Positions 1 to 8,804 of a stretch of 41,915 nucleotides of DNA are shown piece by piece (the stretch's first letter is position 1; each line of letters opens with the position of its first letter). Under the pieces are notes generated by a model. The model was given only the letters and a program-made list of their open reading frames with translations, made no database searches and was not told the origin of the DNA. The translations under genes and the position numbers were made by a program. The DNA comes from Candidatus Pacearchaeota archaeon (GTDB lineage Archaea > Nanobdellota > Nanobdellia > Pacearchaeales > GW2011-AR1). The stretch spans positions 1 through 41,915 of the forward strand of contig JAGVXK010000009.1 of the NCBI GenBank assembly GCA_018303825.1, given 5' to 3'.

Positions 1-411
1 ATAAAATTATGCTGAATGACTATTGCAGTCATTAAAATAGGAGCAGACCATAATGCTTTCAAGCCTCTAAAGTCTATAACTCTGTCTTTTATTTTCATAA
101 AAACAGTTTCAATTCTATAATTATGAATGTGTGTTGTTTGATAATTTTGTATTTTATGTTCAATTGTTAATCCCAAATTTTATTTGAATAAATAGCTTTT
201 TGAAAGCTCTTGGATAGAATACTCCTGCATCGGTTTGGATGTATTTAGGTTTTCCTTTGCTTATTGCTTTGTTTAAGAATTCTTGTGCTTGTTGTGGATT
301 AACTCTTAAACTGTAATGATAACTTGTTATTAATCTAGTATCCCAATCTAAGCAACACCAAAATCTATCCTGTTTTCCTTCTCTAAAGCTTAACGGATTT
401 CTTGCTAACAT
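1..411 (-). pseudogene. IS6/IS240-like DDE transposase remnant, 5'-truncated and frameshifted, running off the window start
   Basis: ORF 160..411 has FWCCLDWDTRLI and IQTDAGVFYPRAF (DDE-core-like). After a one-base shift near 170-180 another frame reads GLTIEHKIQNYQTTHIHNYRIETVFMKIKDRVIDFRGLKALWSAPILMTAIVIQHNF, resembling the IS6-type C-terminal motif (N.RIE...IK.R...RG.K....A........HNF). Confidence 0.65.
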
Positions 412-493
412 TTAACAGCTCATGTTTCAGTTAGTTTTAAAAAGCTACTCCATCTCTCAATTAAAGCTGGGTAACACCTGTGCTTACCAGCAT

Positions 494-569
494 AGCGCGG
501 TGGAGCAGCCTGGTTAGCTCGCAAGGCCCATAACCTTGAGGTCGCGTGGTTCAAATCCCGCCCGCGCTA
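494..569 (+). tRNA. tRNA-Met(CAT), initiator-type (A1-U72)
   Basis: Cloverleaf: acceptor AGCGCGG/CCGCGCT, D stem GAGC/GCTC, anticodon stem CAAGG/CCTTG with loop CCCATAA (CAT 529-531), T loop TTCAAAT, discriminator A569, no encoded CCA. Confidence 0.93.
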
Positions 570-597
570 TTCTAATTATGGGTTGGATGCCAAAACA

Positions 598-798
598 TCA
601 AGAATATTTTCCATCTACTCTGCTGTTCTTCTCTCTGTAAAACTTGATATTATCGGGCTTACTAATTCTATAAGACCAGGTATCAACAGCCTCAAGTTCA
701 TCTCCATCATCATCACCTGTAACCATATCCTCAACCTCAAAATCAAGAATAAATCCTCTCCTAGAAAATCTCACATTAGAAAGACACCTTTTTCTCAT
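598..798 (-). CDS. Hypothetical acidic small protein (66 aa)
   Basis: ORF track; divergent from rnhB with a shared TTATATAT box near 821; no recognisable motif. Confidence 0.3.
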   Translation of the reverse strand: MRKRCLSNVRFSRRGFILDFEVEDMVTGDDDGDELEAVDTWSYRISKPDNIKFYREKNSRVDGKYS

Positions 799-848
799 AT
801 AAAGAGAAAATAAACAAAACTTATATATCTTACTTTTCTAATCTTATC

Positions 849-1544
849 ATGTTAACTTTGGGAATAGATGATGCTGGGAGGGGACCCGTGTTAGGAAGTA
901 TGTTTTTAGCGGGCGTATTATTAGAAAAAGACCATGAAGCATTTTTAAAAAAGCAAGGAGTCACAGATTCAAAGCTTTTATTTCATTTTAAAAGAGTTGT
1001 GCTTGCGAAAGTTATAGAAGCAAACTGCGAAGATTTTCACATAGTAAAAGCTTCTGCTAATGACATAGATTTCTCAATAATACACGGCATAAATCTCAAT
1101 ACTCTTGAAGCAATGAAAACAGCAGAAATTATAAATAAAATAAACAACGAAAAAAGGCACAAGGAAAAGATAAAAGTCATTGTTGACTGTCCATCAACTA
1201 ATATAGTTGCCTGGAGAAATAAATTAATCACATTTGTCAAACACATAAATAACTTAGAAGTGATATGTGAGCACAAGGCTGACTTTAATCACCCATCAGT
1301 CAGTGCTGCATCAATTCTTGCCAAGGTAGAAAGAGAAAAAGAAATCGAAAAAATCAAAGAACAATATAAAAACTTGGGCAATCCTGGAAGCGGATATCCG
1401 GGCGACCCATCAACCCAGGAATTCCTGAAAAAACACGGAAAAGAACTCAAGGATTCAGGCATATTCAGGAAGACCTGGTCCACCTGGAAAATAATGTTCC
1501 CTGAAAAACTACCGGGACAAGCCTCATTAAAAGATTTTAAATAA
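849..1544 (+). CDS. rnhB: Ribonuclease HII
   Basis: GIDDAGRGPVLG, DSKLL, VIVDC, EHKAD, VSAASILAKV, GSGYPGDP motifs. Confidence 0.97.
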   Translation: MLTLGIDDAGRGPVLGSMFLAGVLLEKDHEAFLKKQGVTDSKLLFHFKRVVLAKVIEANCEDFHIVKASANDIDFSIIHGINLNTLEAMKTAEIINKINNEKRHKEKIKVIVDCPSTNIVAWRNKLITFVKHINNLEVICEHKADFNHPSVSAASILAKVEREKEIEKIKEQYKNLGNPGSGYPGDPSTQEFLKKHGKELKDSGIFRKTWSTWKIMFPEKLPGQASLKDFK

Positions 1545-1564
1545 CCCAGAGTTTTCTGTTATTC

Positions 1565-1828
1565 ATGGACTTATCAGAGTTGAGAAAAAAGCTTGATGAA
1601 ACAGACTATAAAATTTTAGAATCTTTGGCAAGTAGATTTAACATAGTCAAAGAGATAGGTAAACTAAAAAAAGAACAATCAATAAAAGTTCAAGATAAGA
1701 AAAGAGAAGAATTTACCATAAATGACCGAACTCAAAAGCTGGAATCTTTAGGTTACTATGACCCTCTTTTTGTTTCAGAATTATTTAATTTAATAATGAA
1801 GAAATCAAGAGAAATTCAAAATGACTAA
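1565..1828 (+). CDS. aroQ: Stand-alone chorismate mutase (AroQ type)
   Basis: LSELRKKLDETDYKILESLASRFNIVKEIGKLKK...VQDKKRE matches the AroQ pattern (LR..ID..D..I..LL..R......IG..K....V.D..RE); first of three overlapping genes. Confidence 0.88.
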   Translation: MDLSELRKKLDETDYKILESLASRFNIVKEIGKLKKEQSIKVQDKKREEFTINDRTQKLESLGYYDPLFVSELFNLIMKKSREIQND

Positions 1829-2639
1829 GATTTCTATAATAGGGGGAACAGGGAGGATTGGTTCAGCATTTGCCGAAGCGCTAAAAAATAAGGGTCATGA
1901 AGTAATTATTTCATCAAGATCAACAAAAATAAAACCAATCGATGCTGCAAAACAAGGAGACATTGTTATTATTTCAGTTCCAATAAAGTCAACAGAAAGG
2001 GTGATAAAGGAATTAGCTCCTTTTACAAAGAAAGAAGCAATATTAACAGACTTTACTTCTGTAAAAGTTAAACCATGCAAACTAATGGAAAAATATTCAA
2101 AATCAAATATAATAGGAGGACATCCCTTGTTCGGCCCGGGTGTTAATATTTCTGGGCAGTCTATTGTATTATGCAATATCAGAGGCAATAAATTAAAAGA
2201 GTTAAAATCTATTTATGAATTTATAGGACTAAAAGTAATTGAATTATCTGATGAACAGCATGATAAAGAGATGGCTATAATACAATGCATGAATCAATTT
2301 GACAATTTAGGCTTCGCAAATTATCTGTTTAAAAATAAATTCAACCTAAATGGAAAGGAAAAATTCACGCCTAATTTTAAAATTAGGTTATCTGTCATAG
2401 GAAGAACATTATCCCAATCAGCAGATCTATATCCGGAAATATTGATGGAAAACCCTTATTCGGGTGAAATCATATCTAATTATATAAAAAGCCTGAAAGA
2501 ACTGCAAAAATTAATAAACGATAAAAATGAAATGGCTCTAGAAGAAAAAGTTATTGAACTCCAAGCATATTTTGGCTCTCTAGTTCAGGAATCTAAAATA
2601 TTAACCAATGAAATACTAAACAAAATGGAAAATAAGTAA
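1821..2639 (+). CDS. tyrA: Prephenate dehydrogenase
   Basis: IIGGTGRIG Rossmann motif, DFTSVK, GGHPLFGP, HDKEMAIIQ; adjacent to chorismate mutase and PheA. Confidence 0.9.
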   Translation: MTKISIIGGTGRIGSAFAEALKNKGHEVIISSRSTKIKPIDAAKQGDIVIISVPIKSTERVIKELAPFTKKEAILTDFTSVKVKPCKLMEKYSKSNIIGGHPLFGPGVNISGQSIVLCNIRGNKLKELKSIYEFIGLKVIELSDEQHDKEMAIIQCMNQFDNLGFANYLFKNKFNLNGKEKFTPNFKIRLSVIGRTLSQSADLYPEILMENPYSGEIISNYIKSLKELQKLINDKNEMALEEKVIELQAYFGSLVQESKILTNEILNKMENK

Positions 2640-3446
2640 ATGATAAAAATTGCTGTTCTCGGCCCCGAATATAGTTATTGCCACATACTTGGATTGAAGA
2701 AATTTGCAAACGAAACCATTGTTTTGTGCAAAACAATACCTGAAGTATATGAAAAGGTCTCAAAAGATGAAGTTGAATTCGGCCTAGCCCCAATAGAAAA
2801 TATGCTGCATGGCACAGTAAGGGAATCACTGGTTTCTCTACAGAAATATAAGGTAAAAATAAACAAAACATTTGACTTGCCTATTCACCTCTGTCTGGCT
2901 TCAAAAACAGATAATTTTAACATTATAATTTCAAAACAAGAAGCGCTTTCCCAATGTTTAAAATTAATTTCTCGGTTAAAAAAGCAAACACAAGAATGTT
3001 CTTCAACTTCTGAAGCAATGAAAATAGCCTCATCAGATTCAAATTATGCTGCTCTGGGAAGTGAAGAAGCGGCAAAGTCATTAAACCTAAAAATTATAGG
3101 CAAAGATGTAGAGGATAACTCGGACAACATTACTAGATTTGTCTTAATTTCAAAAAAAGAAAGCGACTTAGATGAAAGTAAATATATGCGAACAAGTCTG
3201 ATGATTCTGCCTGAAAGAGACAAACCGGGCTTGTTATACGAAATTCTATCTATATTCAAAATAAGATACATTAATCTTACAAAAATAGAGTCTATTCCTA
3301 CACGGAAGAAACTAGGCGAATATGAATTCTTTATGGAAATAGAAGGCTCATTGCAGGAAGAAAGAATAATATCTGCTTTGAATCTTCTAAAAACTATACA
3401 TGATATATACTTGTTTGGCTCGTATGAATTGGAAAAAATTATGTAG
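2640..3446 (+). CDS. pheA: Prephenate dehydratase with C-terminal ACT domain
   Basis: IAVLGPEYSY, PIENMLHGTV, DNSDNITRF, DKPGLLYEIL...NLTKIESIP. Confidence 0.92.
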   Translation: MIKIAVLGPEYSYCHILGLKKFANETIVLCKTIPEVYEKVSKDEVEFGLAPIENMLHGTVRESLVSLQKYKVKINKTFDLPIHLCLASKTDNFNIIISKQEALSQCLKLISRLKKQTQECSSTSEAMKIASSDSNYAALGSEEAAKSLNLKIIGKDVEDNSDNITRFVLISKKESDLDESKYMRTSLMILPERDKPGLLYEILSIFKIRYINLTKIESIPTRKKLGEYEFFMEIEGSLQEERIISALNLLKTIHDIYLFGSYELEKIM

Positions 3447-3596
3447 TATCCCATTAATATTTCCTAACGATATATTTTTCCGAGTTCTCATTTTCTAAGT
3501 GTCTCAGTTAGCTTCACTTGTGTCAATTTCATAGAGCTGTCTGGAACAGCCTTATGAAATAATTTCGGGATACCATATATTGATTTGCCAACGAAT

Positions 3597-3909
3597 ATGG
3601 AAAATGATTACACAGAACAGTTTTATAAGGTTGAATGTAGGGGCAGAGATGCTTCTGGAAAAGAAGTTCTTTCCAAACCAGAAAATGTGTTGGTGAAAAT
3701 TCACCAAGGAGTGAAGAACCCTAAGGCAAGACCTTAGGGCATTGGAAAGAATAAACAGCAATACAATATCCGGCATAATTAATTGCAAGTATAATTGCGG
3801 CAGACATGGAGAAAGATACAGAGTAGCCAATCCTAATGCTGACAAAGCAGAAGTAATTTGCTCCTACTCATTCGATATCCCTTATGCCTTGGAACACTTA
3901 AATAAGTAA
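3597..3909 (+). pseudogene. Hypothetical Cys-containing gene split by a frameshift at an 8-bp-stem hairpin
   Basis: ATG 3597 gives MENDYTEQFYKVECRGRD...KIHQGVKNPKARP* (TAG 3735); the +1 frame is open from 3715 to TAA 3909 (RALERINSNTISGIINCKYNCGRHGERY...CSYSFDIPYALEHLNK). Confidence 0.45.
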
Positions 3910-5625
3910 ATTCTTTATTTTTGATATTTCATCTATGACCTTTAACTCCTGAGATGATAGAACATCCTTGTTCTTCTTGAAATCCTTGAACTGCCTGTCG
4001 CTTATATCTGCATAAAGATATTTCTTGTCTTTTAATCTCCTTTCAAAATTAACTCCTGGAAGGGCTATTGCAATTTCATCCCCTTCTTTTGCCTCTTCCA
4101 CTGTTGATTTGTCCCTTTGAATGGATTTGACTCTTGCAATTTCCTCTCCGTCTTCGGCAATTAATGGGATTCCTGTTCTGATTCTTCCAGCAAGGACACG
4201 AACTCCAAAAATGGCGGGATTAAGATTTCTGAAAATATATTGATGCAGAATCTCTAATTTGCATATTGTAGCTAGACCAAGAAGCTTTTCTTTTTCTATT
4301 TGATTTGCCTTCTCAGTTCTCCAAAGTTGAAGGTCTTCTATTAATTTGTAGACAACGTCATTTGACAGGACTTTAACATTTCCAAGAATTTCTTTGGCAT
4401 CTTCTTCAACATCAACATTGAATCCAATAATTATTGCATTTAATGGATTTATCTCCAAATTGGCTTTTGCATTGACAATATCTGATTTTCCTATTAATCC
4501 GATGCCTGCTTTAAGAATCTGGATATTTGCCTGTTTCAGTAAAGTTATCAGCGCTTCCAAGCTTCCGAGAGAATCTGCTTTTATTATTATTCCTTGTTTG
4601 TCTGTTTGCAGAGCATTTGAAAATTCTTTCTTGAATTGCGAGACAACTTGCTTTATATCTTCCTTGGCTTCCTGGAAAGGCATACCTGCAAGAATTCCTT
4701 CGCTGTCGGCAAGCTGCATTCTCACTCCCGAGGCAGCAACTATCTTCTTTTCTGACTTGTACTTGTTTGTTAAAGAAAGGATTTCCTGTATTGCTCTGAC
4801 TTTTGTAATGATTGGATTGTCAAAGCTTGCTATAACTAACTGGTCACCTTCATCCAGTTTTCCATCATAAAGTATTGATTCTGCATAGTTTCCAGTTCTA
4901 TCTTTCTTAACTTCAAGGATTACTCCTTTAGCTAATTCTCCAAGCTTAAGCCTCTCTTTCAAAAATCTCTGGCATAAGCCGCAAAGAACAAATAATAATT
5001 CAGATATTCCTTCTTTTGTTCTTGCAGAGCAGGGAACTATAGCAAATTCTTTTGTAAAATCTTTTATATCGTGAAACAAAGCGGATTCGAATCCATGCTC
5101 CCTTAGATTCCCTTGGAAAGTTAAAAGTGCTTCCTGGAATTCCTGGGAAACATTTAACGCCTGAGATTCTATGCTTTCCTTTAAACTGCCCTCTCCTTTT
5201 CTCCATCCTGAAATTGTATCTATCTTGTTTAATGCAATGAGAAATGGAACTTTGTTTGCTTTCAATATCTGGAGAACCTCTGCAGTCTGGGGTTTTATTC
5301 CTTCTTTAACTGCAACAACAAGAATTGCTAAATCTGCAAGACTTCCTCCTCTTTTTCTTAGATTTGTAAAAGCAGCATGCCCGGGGGTATCTATAAATAA
5401 AAATCCAGGAATTTCTAATTTAATTCCCTGCTTTTCTATTAACGGACAGGCTTTGATTATTTGTTCTATTGGATATTTAGTAAAACTTATCTTCTGGGTT
5501 ATTCCTCCGGCTTCTCTCTCCCGAAGGTTTGTATTTCTAAAACAGTCCAGAATTGAGGTTTTTCCATGGTCTACATGCCCACATACTGTGACAATTGGTT
5601 GCCTTATCTTGTTTGCTTGTGCCAT
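3898..5625 (-). CDS. infB: Translation initiation factor aIF5B (IF-2)
   Basis: RQPIVTVCGHVDHGKTS, EAGGITQ, LFIDTPGHAAFTNLRKRGG, NKID, IKADSLGSLEAL, FRNLNPAIFGV. Confidence 0.98.
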   Translation of the reverse strand: MAQANKIRQPIVTVCGHVDHGKTSILDCFRNTNLREREAGGITQKISFTKYPIEQIIKACPLIEKQGIKLEIPGFLFIDTPGHAAFTNLRKRGGSLADLAILVVAVKEGIKPQTAEVLQILKANKVPFLIALNKIDTISGWRKGEGSLKESIESQALNVSQEFQEALLTFQGNLREHGFESALFHDIKDFTKEFAIVPCSARTKEGISELLFVLCGLCQRFLKERLKLGELAKGVILEVKKDRTGNYAESILYDGKLDEGDQLVIASFDNPIITKVRAIQEILSLTNKYKSEKKIVAASGVRMQLADSEGILAGMPFQEAKEDIKQVVSQFKKEFSNALQTDKQGIIIKADSLGSLEALITLLKQANIQILKAGIGLIGKSDIVNAKANLEINPLNAIIIGFNVDVEEDAKEILGNVKVLSNDVVYKLIEDLQLWRTEKANQIEKEKLLGLATICKLEILHQYIFRNLNPAIFGVRVLAGRIRTGIPLIAEDGEEIARVKSIQRDKSTVEEAKEGDEIAIALPGVNFERRLKDKKYLYADISDRQFKDFKKNKDVLSSQELKVIDEISKIKNLLI

Positions 5626-5693
5626 TTTTCATTTTCTCCCCATTATGATATATTGATTAATTAGCACATGTTTTTAAATCTTGATGATTTAAA

Positions 5694-5893
5694 GAGAGTG
5701 TCAGAGATTAGGGCGTTTCTTCTATTTTCTCCTCTCCTGTCAAGTGTCGGGAGTTGTCATATTTAATTGAATTAATTAATAAGGCATTCCATCTGTTTCC
5801 TTGAACTCCAATACCACATTTATCTGTTCGTAACTTTAGATAAAACTCCCGTCATTTGACAGCTAAACTAACTCCCGATTTCTTGACACTCTC
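5694..5893. mobile_element. 200-bp non-autonomous element (MITE) with terminal inverted repeats and 9-bp target duplication
   Basis: TIR GAGAGTGTCA (5694-5703) / TGACACTCTC (5884-5893); direct repeat TGATTTAAA at 5685-5693 and 5894-5902; internal 19-bp IR 5737-5755 / 5844-5862 (17/19); no ORF. Confidence 0.85.
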
Positions 5894-5935
5894 TGATTTA
5901 AATAGACTTATAAGCTATTAAATTGGGAGAATTTT

Positions 5936-6346
5936 ATGGTAATAGTTAAGTATACCCAAAGCATTAGGGATATTTTGAAAGAAAAAAGCGATTCTTTGAT
6001 TTTCTTGGAGAATCTTGTTATAGATGCAATGTTTCATTCCGACTGGAAGATAAGGGCATCATGTATAGATGAGCTTGGTGAGATGGGGATTGCCTGCAAC
6101 AATGATTTACCCCAATGGGAAGTCCTGCCAAAAGAGCTTATTAATCCTTCAAGGTATGCAAATTTGATGCTTATTACAGAGGCATTTGCTGCAGATTACC
6201 AGATATTCCTTAAAATAGCAAAAGCAAATGGACATTATAAAGGAGTGTCTCAAACCCTTTATCTAACTGATGTGCCAAAAACATTCGGAGACAGAGAAAT
6301 TCTGGATCAGAGAGAAGCAGGAAATTTTACGATAAAACAAGATTGA
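5936..6346 (+). CDS. Hypothetical protein (136 aa)
   Basis: ORF track; TTATAA box about 25 nt upstream; no family recognised. Confidence 0.6.
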   Translation: MVIVKYTQSIRDILKEKSDSLIFLENLVIDAMFHSDWKIRASCIDELGEMGIACNNDLPQWEVLPKELINPSRYANLMLITEAFAADYQIFLKIAKANGHYKGVSQTLYLTDVPKTFGDREILDQREAGNFTIKQD

Positions 6347-6364
6347 AGAATTTAGAAGATGTAA

Positions 6365-6700
6365 TCACATGGCGAATTCGTCCATATCTTCACTTTCATC
6401 AGCAGGTTTTGGCTTCTTTTCCTTGAATTGTTTTTTGTCCTCTTTTTTCCCGGAAGAAACTTGCTGATTATCCTGAACTGGAAATTCCATCAATTCTTTT
6501 TCATTTATTGAATTGATTGCTTTCTTGAATAAAGAGAACTTGTCTGCAGGGATTCTTGTTCCTGCTTTTGTAAAGCCAGTATATCTCTCCCCCTTTACGA
6601 ATTCTCTTATTGTAACACCTCTCTTGCCTCCAAAATCATCAACCCTTATGACAATATCGGTATCGTTATTTTTTGCAATCCTATCGATATCTTTTTCCAT
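6365..6700 (-). CDS. PC4/p15-like ssDNA-binding protein with charged tail
   Basis: VTIREFVKGERYTGFTKAGTRIP resembles the PC4 fold signature (DIR.F......PTKKGI.L); likely start MEKDID at 6700. Confidence 0.65.
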   Translation of the reverse strand: MEKDIDRIAKNNDTDIVIRVDDFGGKRGVTIREFVKGERYTGFTKAGTRIPADKFSLFKKAINSINEKELMEFPVQDNQQVSSGKKEDKKQFKEKKPKPADESEDMDEFAM

Positions 6701-6768
6701 TCCAGTTGTTGCCAATTGCAATATAAAAAGGTTGCTATAGAATTATAATTTAATAGAAATAATTAAAT

Positions 6769-7341
6769 CTAGAACCCTGTAAATTTAAGGATGAAGAGCA
6801 AGGCATATTGCGCGAATACTGCTGTAGCAATAAAACCCAAAAGCCTTGGGATTATCCCATAAATAATAAATGCCTTCCACTTCATGTCCAATGCTCCAAA
6901 TAAAACAGGTATATACGGCAAAGGGGAAACTGCAGAAATCGTGACATACCATTTACCATACTTATTTATTCCATTGTCGATTTTTTTATAAACCTTTTTT
7001 CCAAATATATCCTTAAATACATTTTCTTCAAACCTTCTTCCAAGCCAGAATCCTAAAATTGAGGCAAGAAGAGTGCCTGCCAGAGTAACAAAAAGCACAA
7101 TTGATAAATTTAAGTTTGCCAACTTTGCTATGACAATTAGCATGTGTGCGCTTAAATATTGCGGAAAGAGGTCGAGAAATAAGGAAATGAAAAATATGGC
7201 AAAGAAACCATATAAAGCTACACTATCTGTAACCCAGGTGCGTATGTTTTGATATTCAATTATGCCAAACACTAATAAAAAAGCCATAAATACAAACAAA
7301 AACCAGCCAAAAATTCTGGTAACTCCAGTAGCCTCTCTCAT
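6769..7341 (-). CDS. DedA/VTT-domain membrane protein
   Basis: Multiple hydrophobic helices; GTLLASILGFWLGR, SPLPYIPV, GALDMKWKAFIIYGIIPR. Confidence 0.75.
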   Translation of the reverse strand: MREATGVTRIFGWFLFVFMAFLLVFGIIEYQNIRTWVTDSVALYGFFAIFFISLFLDLFPQYLSAHMLIVIAKLANLNLSIVLFVTLAGTLLASILGFWLGRRFEENVFKDIFGKKVYKKIDNGINKYGKWYVTISAVSPLPYIPVLFGALDMKWKAFIIYGIIPRLLGFIATAVFAQYALLFILKFTGF

Positions 7342-7394
7342 TAACGTGTTTATTTTTTCTTCTTTATATATCTTTCAATTTGAAGGAGAGTCAT

Positions 7395-8006
7395 TCATCT
7401 GTAGCCTATGTTAATCAGAATATCTTTTGTGACTGCTTCTATTGGCTGTTCGCCACTTACTTTTATTGTTTTATAATTTTTCAGTACTGGTTCTATTTCT
7501 CTATGATAAATTGAAAGCCTAACTCTTAACGCCTCTTCGTTATCATCGGCTCTTCTTGACAATGGTTTGTTGCATTTATCACATACATCTTTTTCTTTTG
7601 GGGGCAAAGTCCTAATATTATAAATAGCACCGCAGGTTTTGCACGAAATTCTGTTTAAAATTCTTTCAAAAGCTACATTATCGCTGATTGCAATTTCTAC
7701 TACATAATCTATGCCCATAATTTCATCAAGGGTTCTTGCTTGATTAATATTTCTAGGATATCCATCAAGAATAAACCCTTCCTTACAGTCATCCTGATAA
7801 ATCCTTTTCTCTAACATTTTTAGCGTTAATTCATCAGGAACAAGGTTTCCAGCCAGAATATATGAATCTATTTCTTTTCTCAATTCTCCTTCTGCGTTTC
7901 TAAAAATATCTCCTGTTGAAAGATGCAGAATTCCAATCTTTTTTGAGATAATCTTTGCCTGTGTTCCTTTTCCTGAACCCTGAGCTCCAAAAAATAGTAG
8001 CCTCAT
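7395..8006 (-). CDS. adk: Adenylate kinase (long type, CxxC/CxxC LID)
   Basis: GAQGSGKGTQA P-loop, HLSTGDIFR, GFILDGYPR, CKTC...CDKC, RRADD. Confidence 0.96.
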   Translation of the reverse strand: MRLLFFGAQGSGKGTQAKIISKKIGILHLSTGDIFRNAEGELRKEIDSYILAGNLVPDELTLKMLEKRIYQDDCKEGFILDGYPRNINQARTLDEIMGIDYVVEIAISDNVAFERILNRISCKTCGAIYNIRTLPPKEKDVCDKCNKPLSRRADDNEEALRVRLSIYHREIEPVLKNYKTIKVSGEQPIEAVTKDILINIGYR

Positions 8007-8122
8007 TAAACTCTTTCAAATCTAAGACTTTTAAAGATTATTATATATTTTTACATATCAAACTTAGCATATATTGGAAGTTGTTATCCCACAGATTATG
8101 CACAGAACAAATTAAGATTTAA

Positions 8123-8719
8123 TTACTTTTTGCTCTTTCTCTTTTTGGCTGTTTTGGTTGCTATCTTTGCCTTTTTTGTTTTCTCTGCTTTTATGCATAT
8201 CTTGCAGGCTTTGAATTTTCTTCTCTTGAAAAATAGGTCTATGCTGTTTGTAAGCTTGAATTGTGGTTTTATCAATCTTGCAAGCCTGCAATTTGGAACA
8301 TGATAAACTTTTGTCTGAATTGAACCTATAAACGCCGGCTTTTCATGTTCAAGCTCTTCCTCCAGTGAGCCTTTTGAGATAGCTTCCTCAATTTCTTTTG
8401 CCACTTTTCTGACTTCAGGTCTTTCTAATTTCTTCACAGCTCTCCTTGCTCTGGATTTGTAGGAAAAAAGGAATAAGACAAGGAATAAATAAGCCAGCAG
8501 GGTAACTAAGAATAATAATAAAACTTGAAAGGTGTTAAACTTAAAGAAAATTATTGACATCAAATCGACCAAAAGAAACAACAAAGCAACTAAAACCGAA
8601 ATAAGCAGATTTTGCAACCCATAGCCATTGGTTTTTGCTTGGTTAATTCTTCTTGGGGGCATTATGGGTTTTATATCATAACTTCCATGAACTGCGTTCT
8701 TTAACTCAATATTATCCAT
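8123..8719 (-). CDS. Membrane protein with C-terminal Ada-like metal-binding domain
   Basis: Two TM helices, then FIGSIQTKVYHVPNC...KACKIC and a basic tail. Confidence 0.65.
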   Translation of the reverse strand: MDNIELKNAVHGSYDIKPIMPPRRINQAKTNGYGLQNLLISVLVALLFLLVDLMSIIFFKFNTFQVLLLFLVTLLAYLFLVLFLFSYKSRARRAVKKLERPEVRKVAKEIEEAISKGSLEEELEHEKPAFIGSIQTKVYHVPNCRLARLIKPQFKLTNSIDLFFKRRKFKACKICIKAEKTKKAKIATKTAKKRKSKK

Positions 8720-8804
8720 TGAAATCCGAGAAAATTAAGATATTTAAAAGCACTAGATTGTTTTTCACTTTGATTAGTAGTGAAAACATGAGCTTTGCAC
8801 ATTG

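Noticed and set aside
3712-3748. Canonical bulge-helix-bulge intron
   Set aside because: The required 4-bp central helix (TGAA with CATT) does not pair; kept only as an unexplained hairpin at a frameshift.
5694-5893. SRP RNA or RNase P RNA
   Set aside because: No SRP helix 8 or RNase P GAGGAAAGUCC motif on either strand; TIRs plus an exact TSD explain the structure better.
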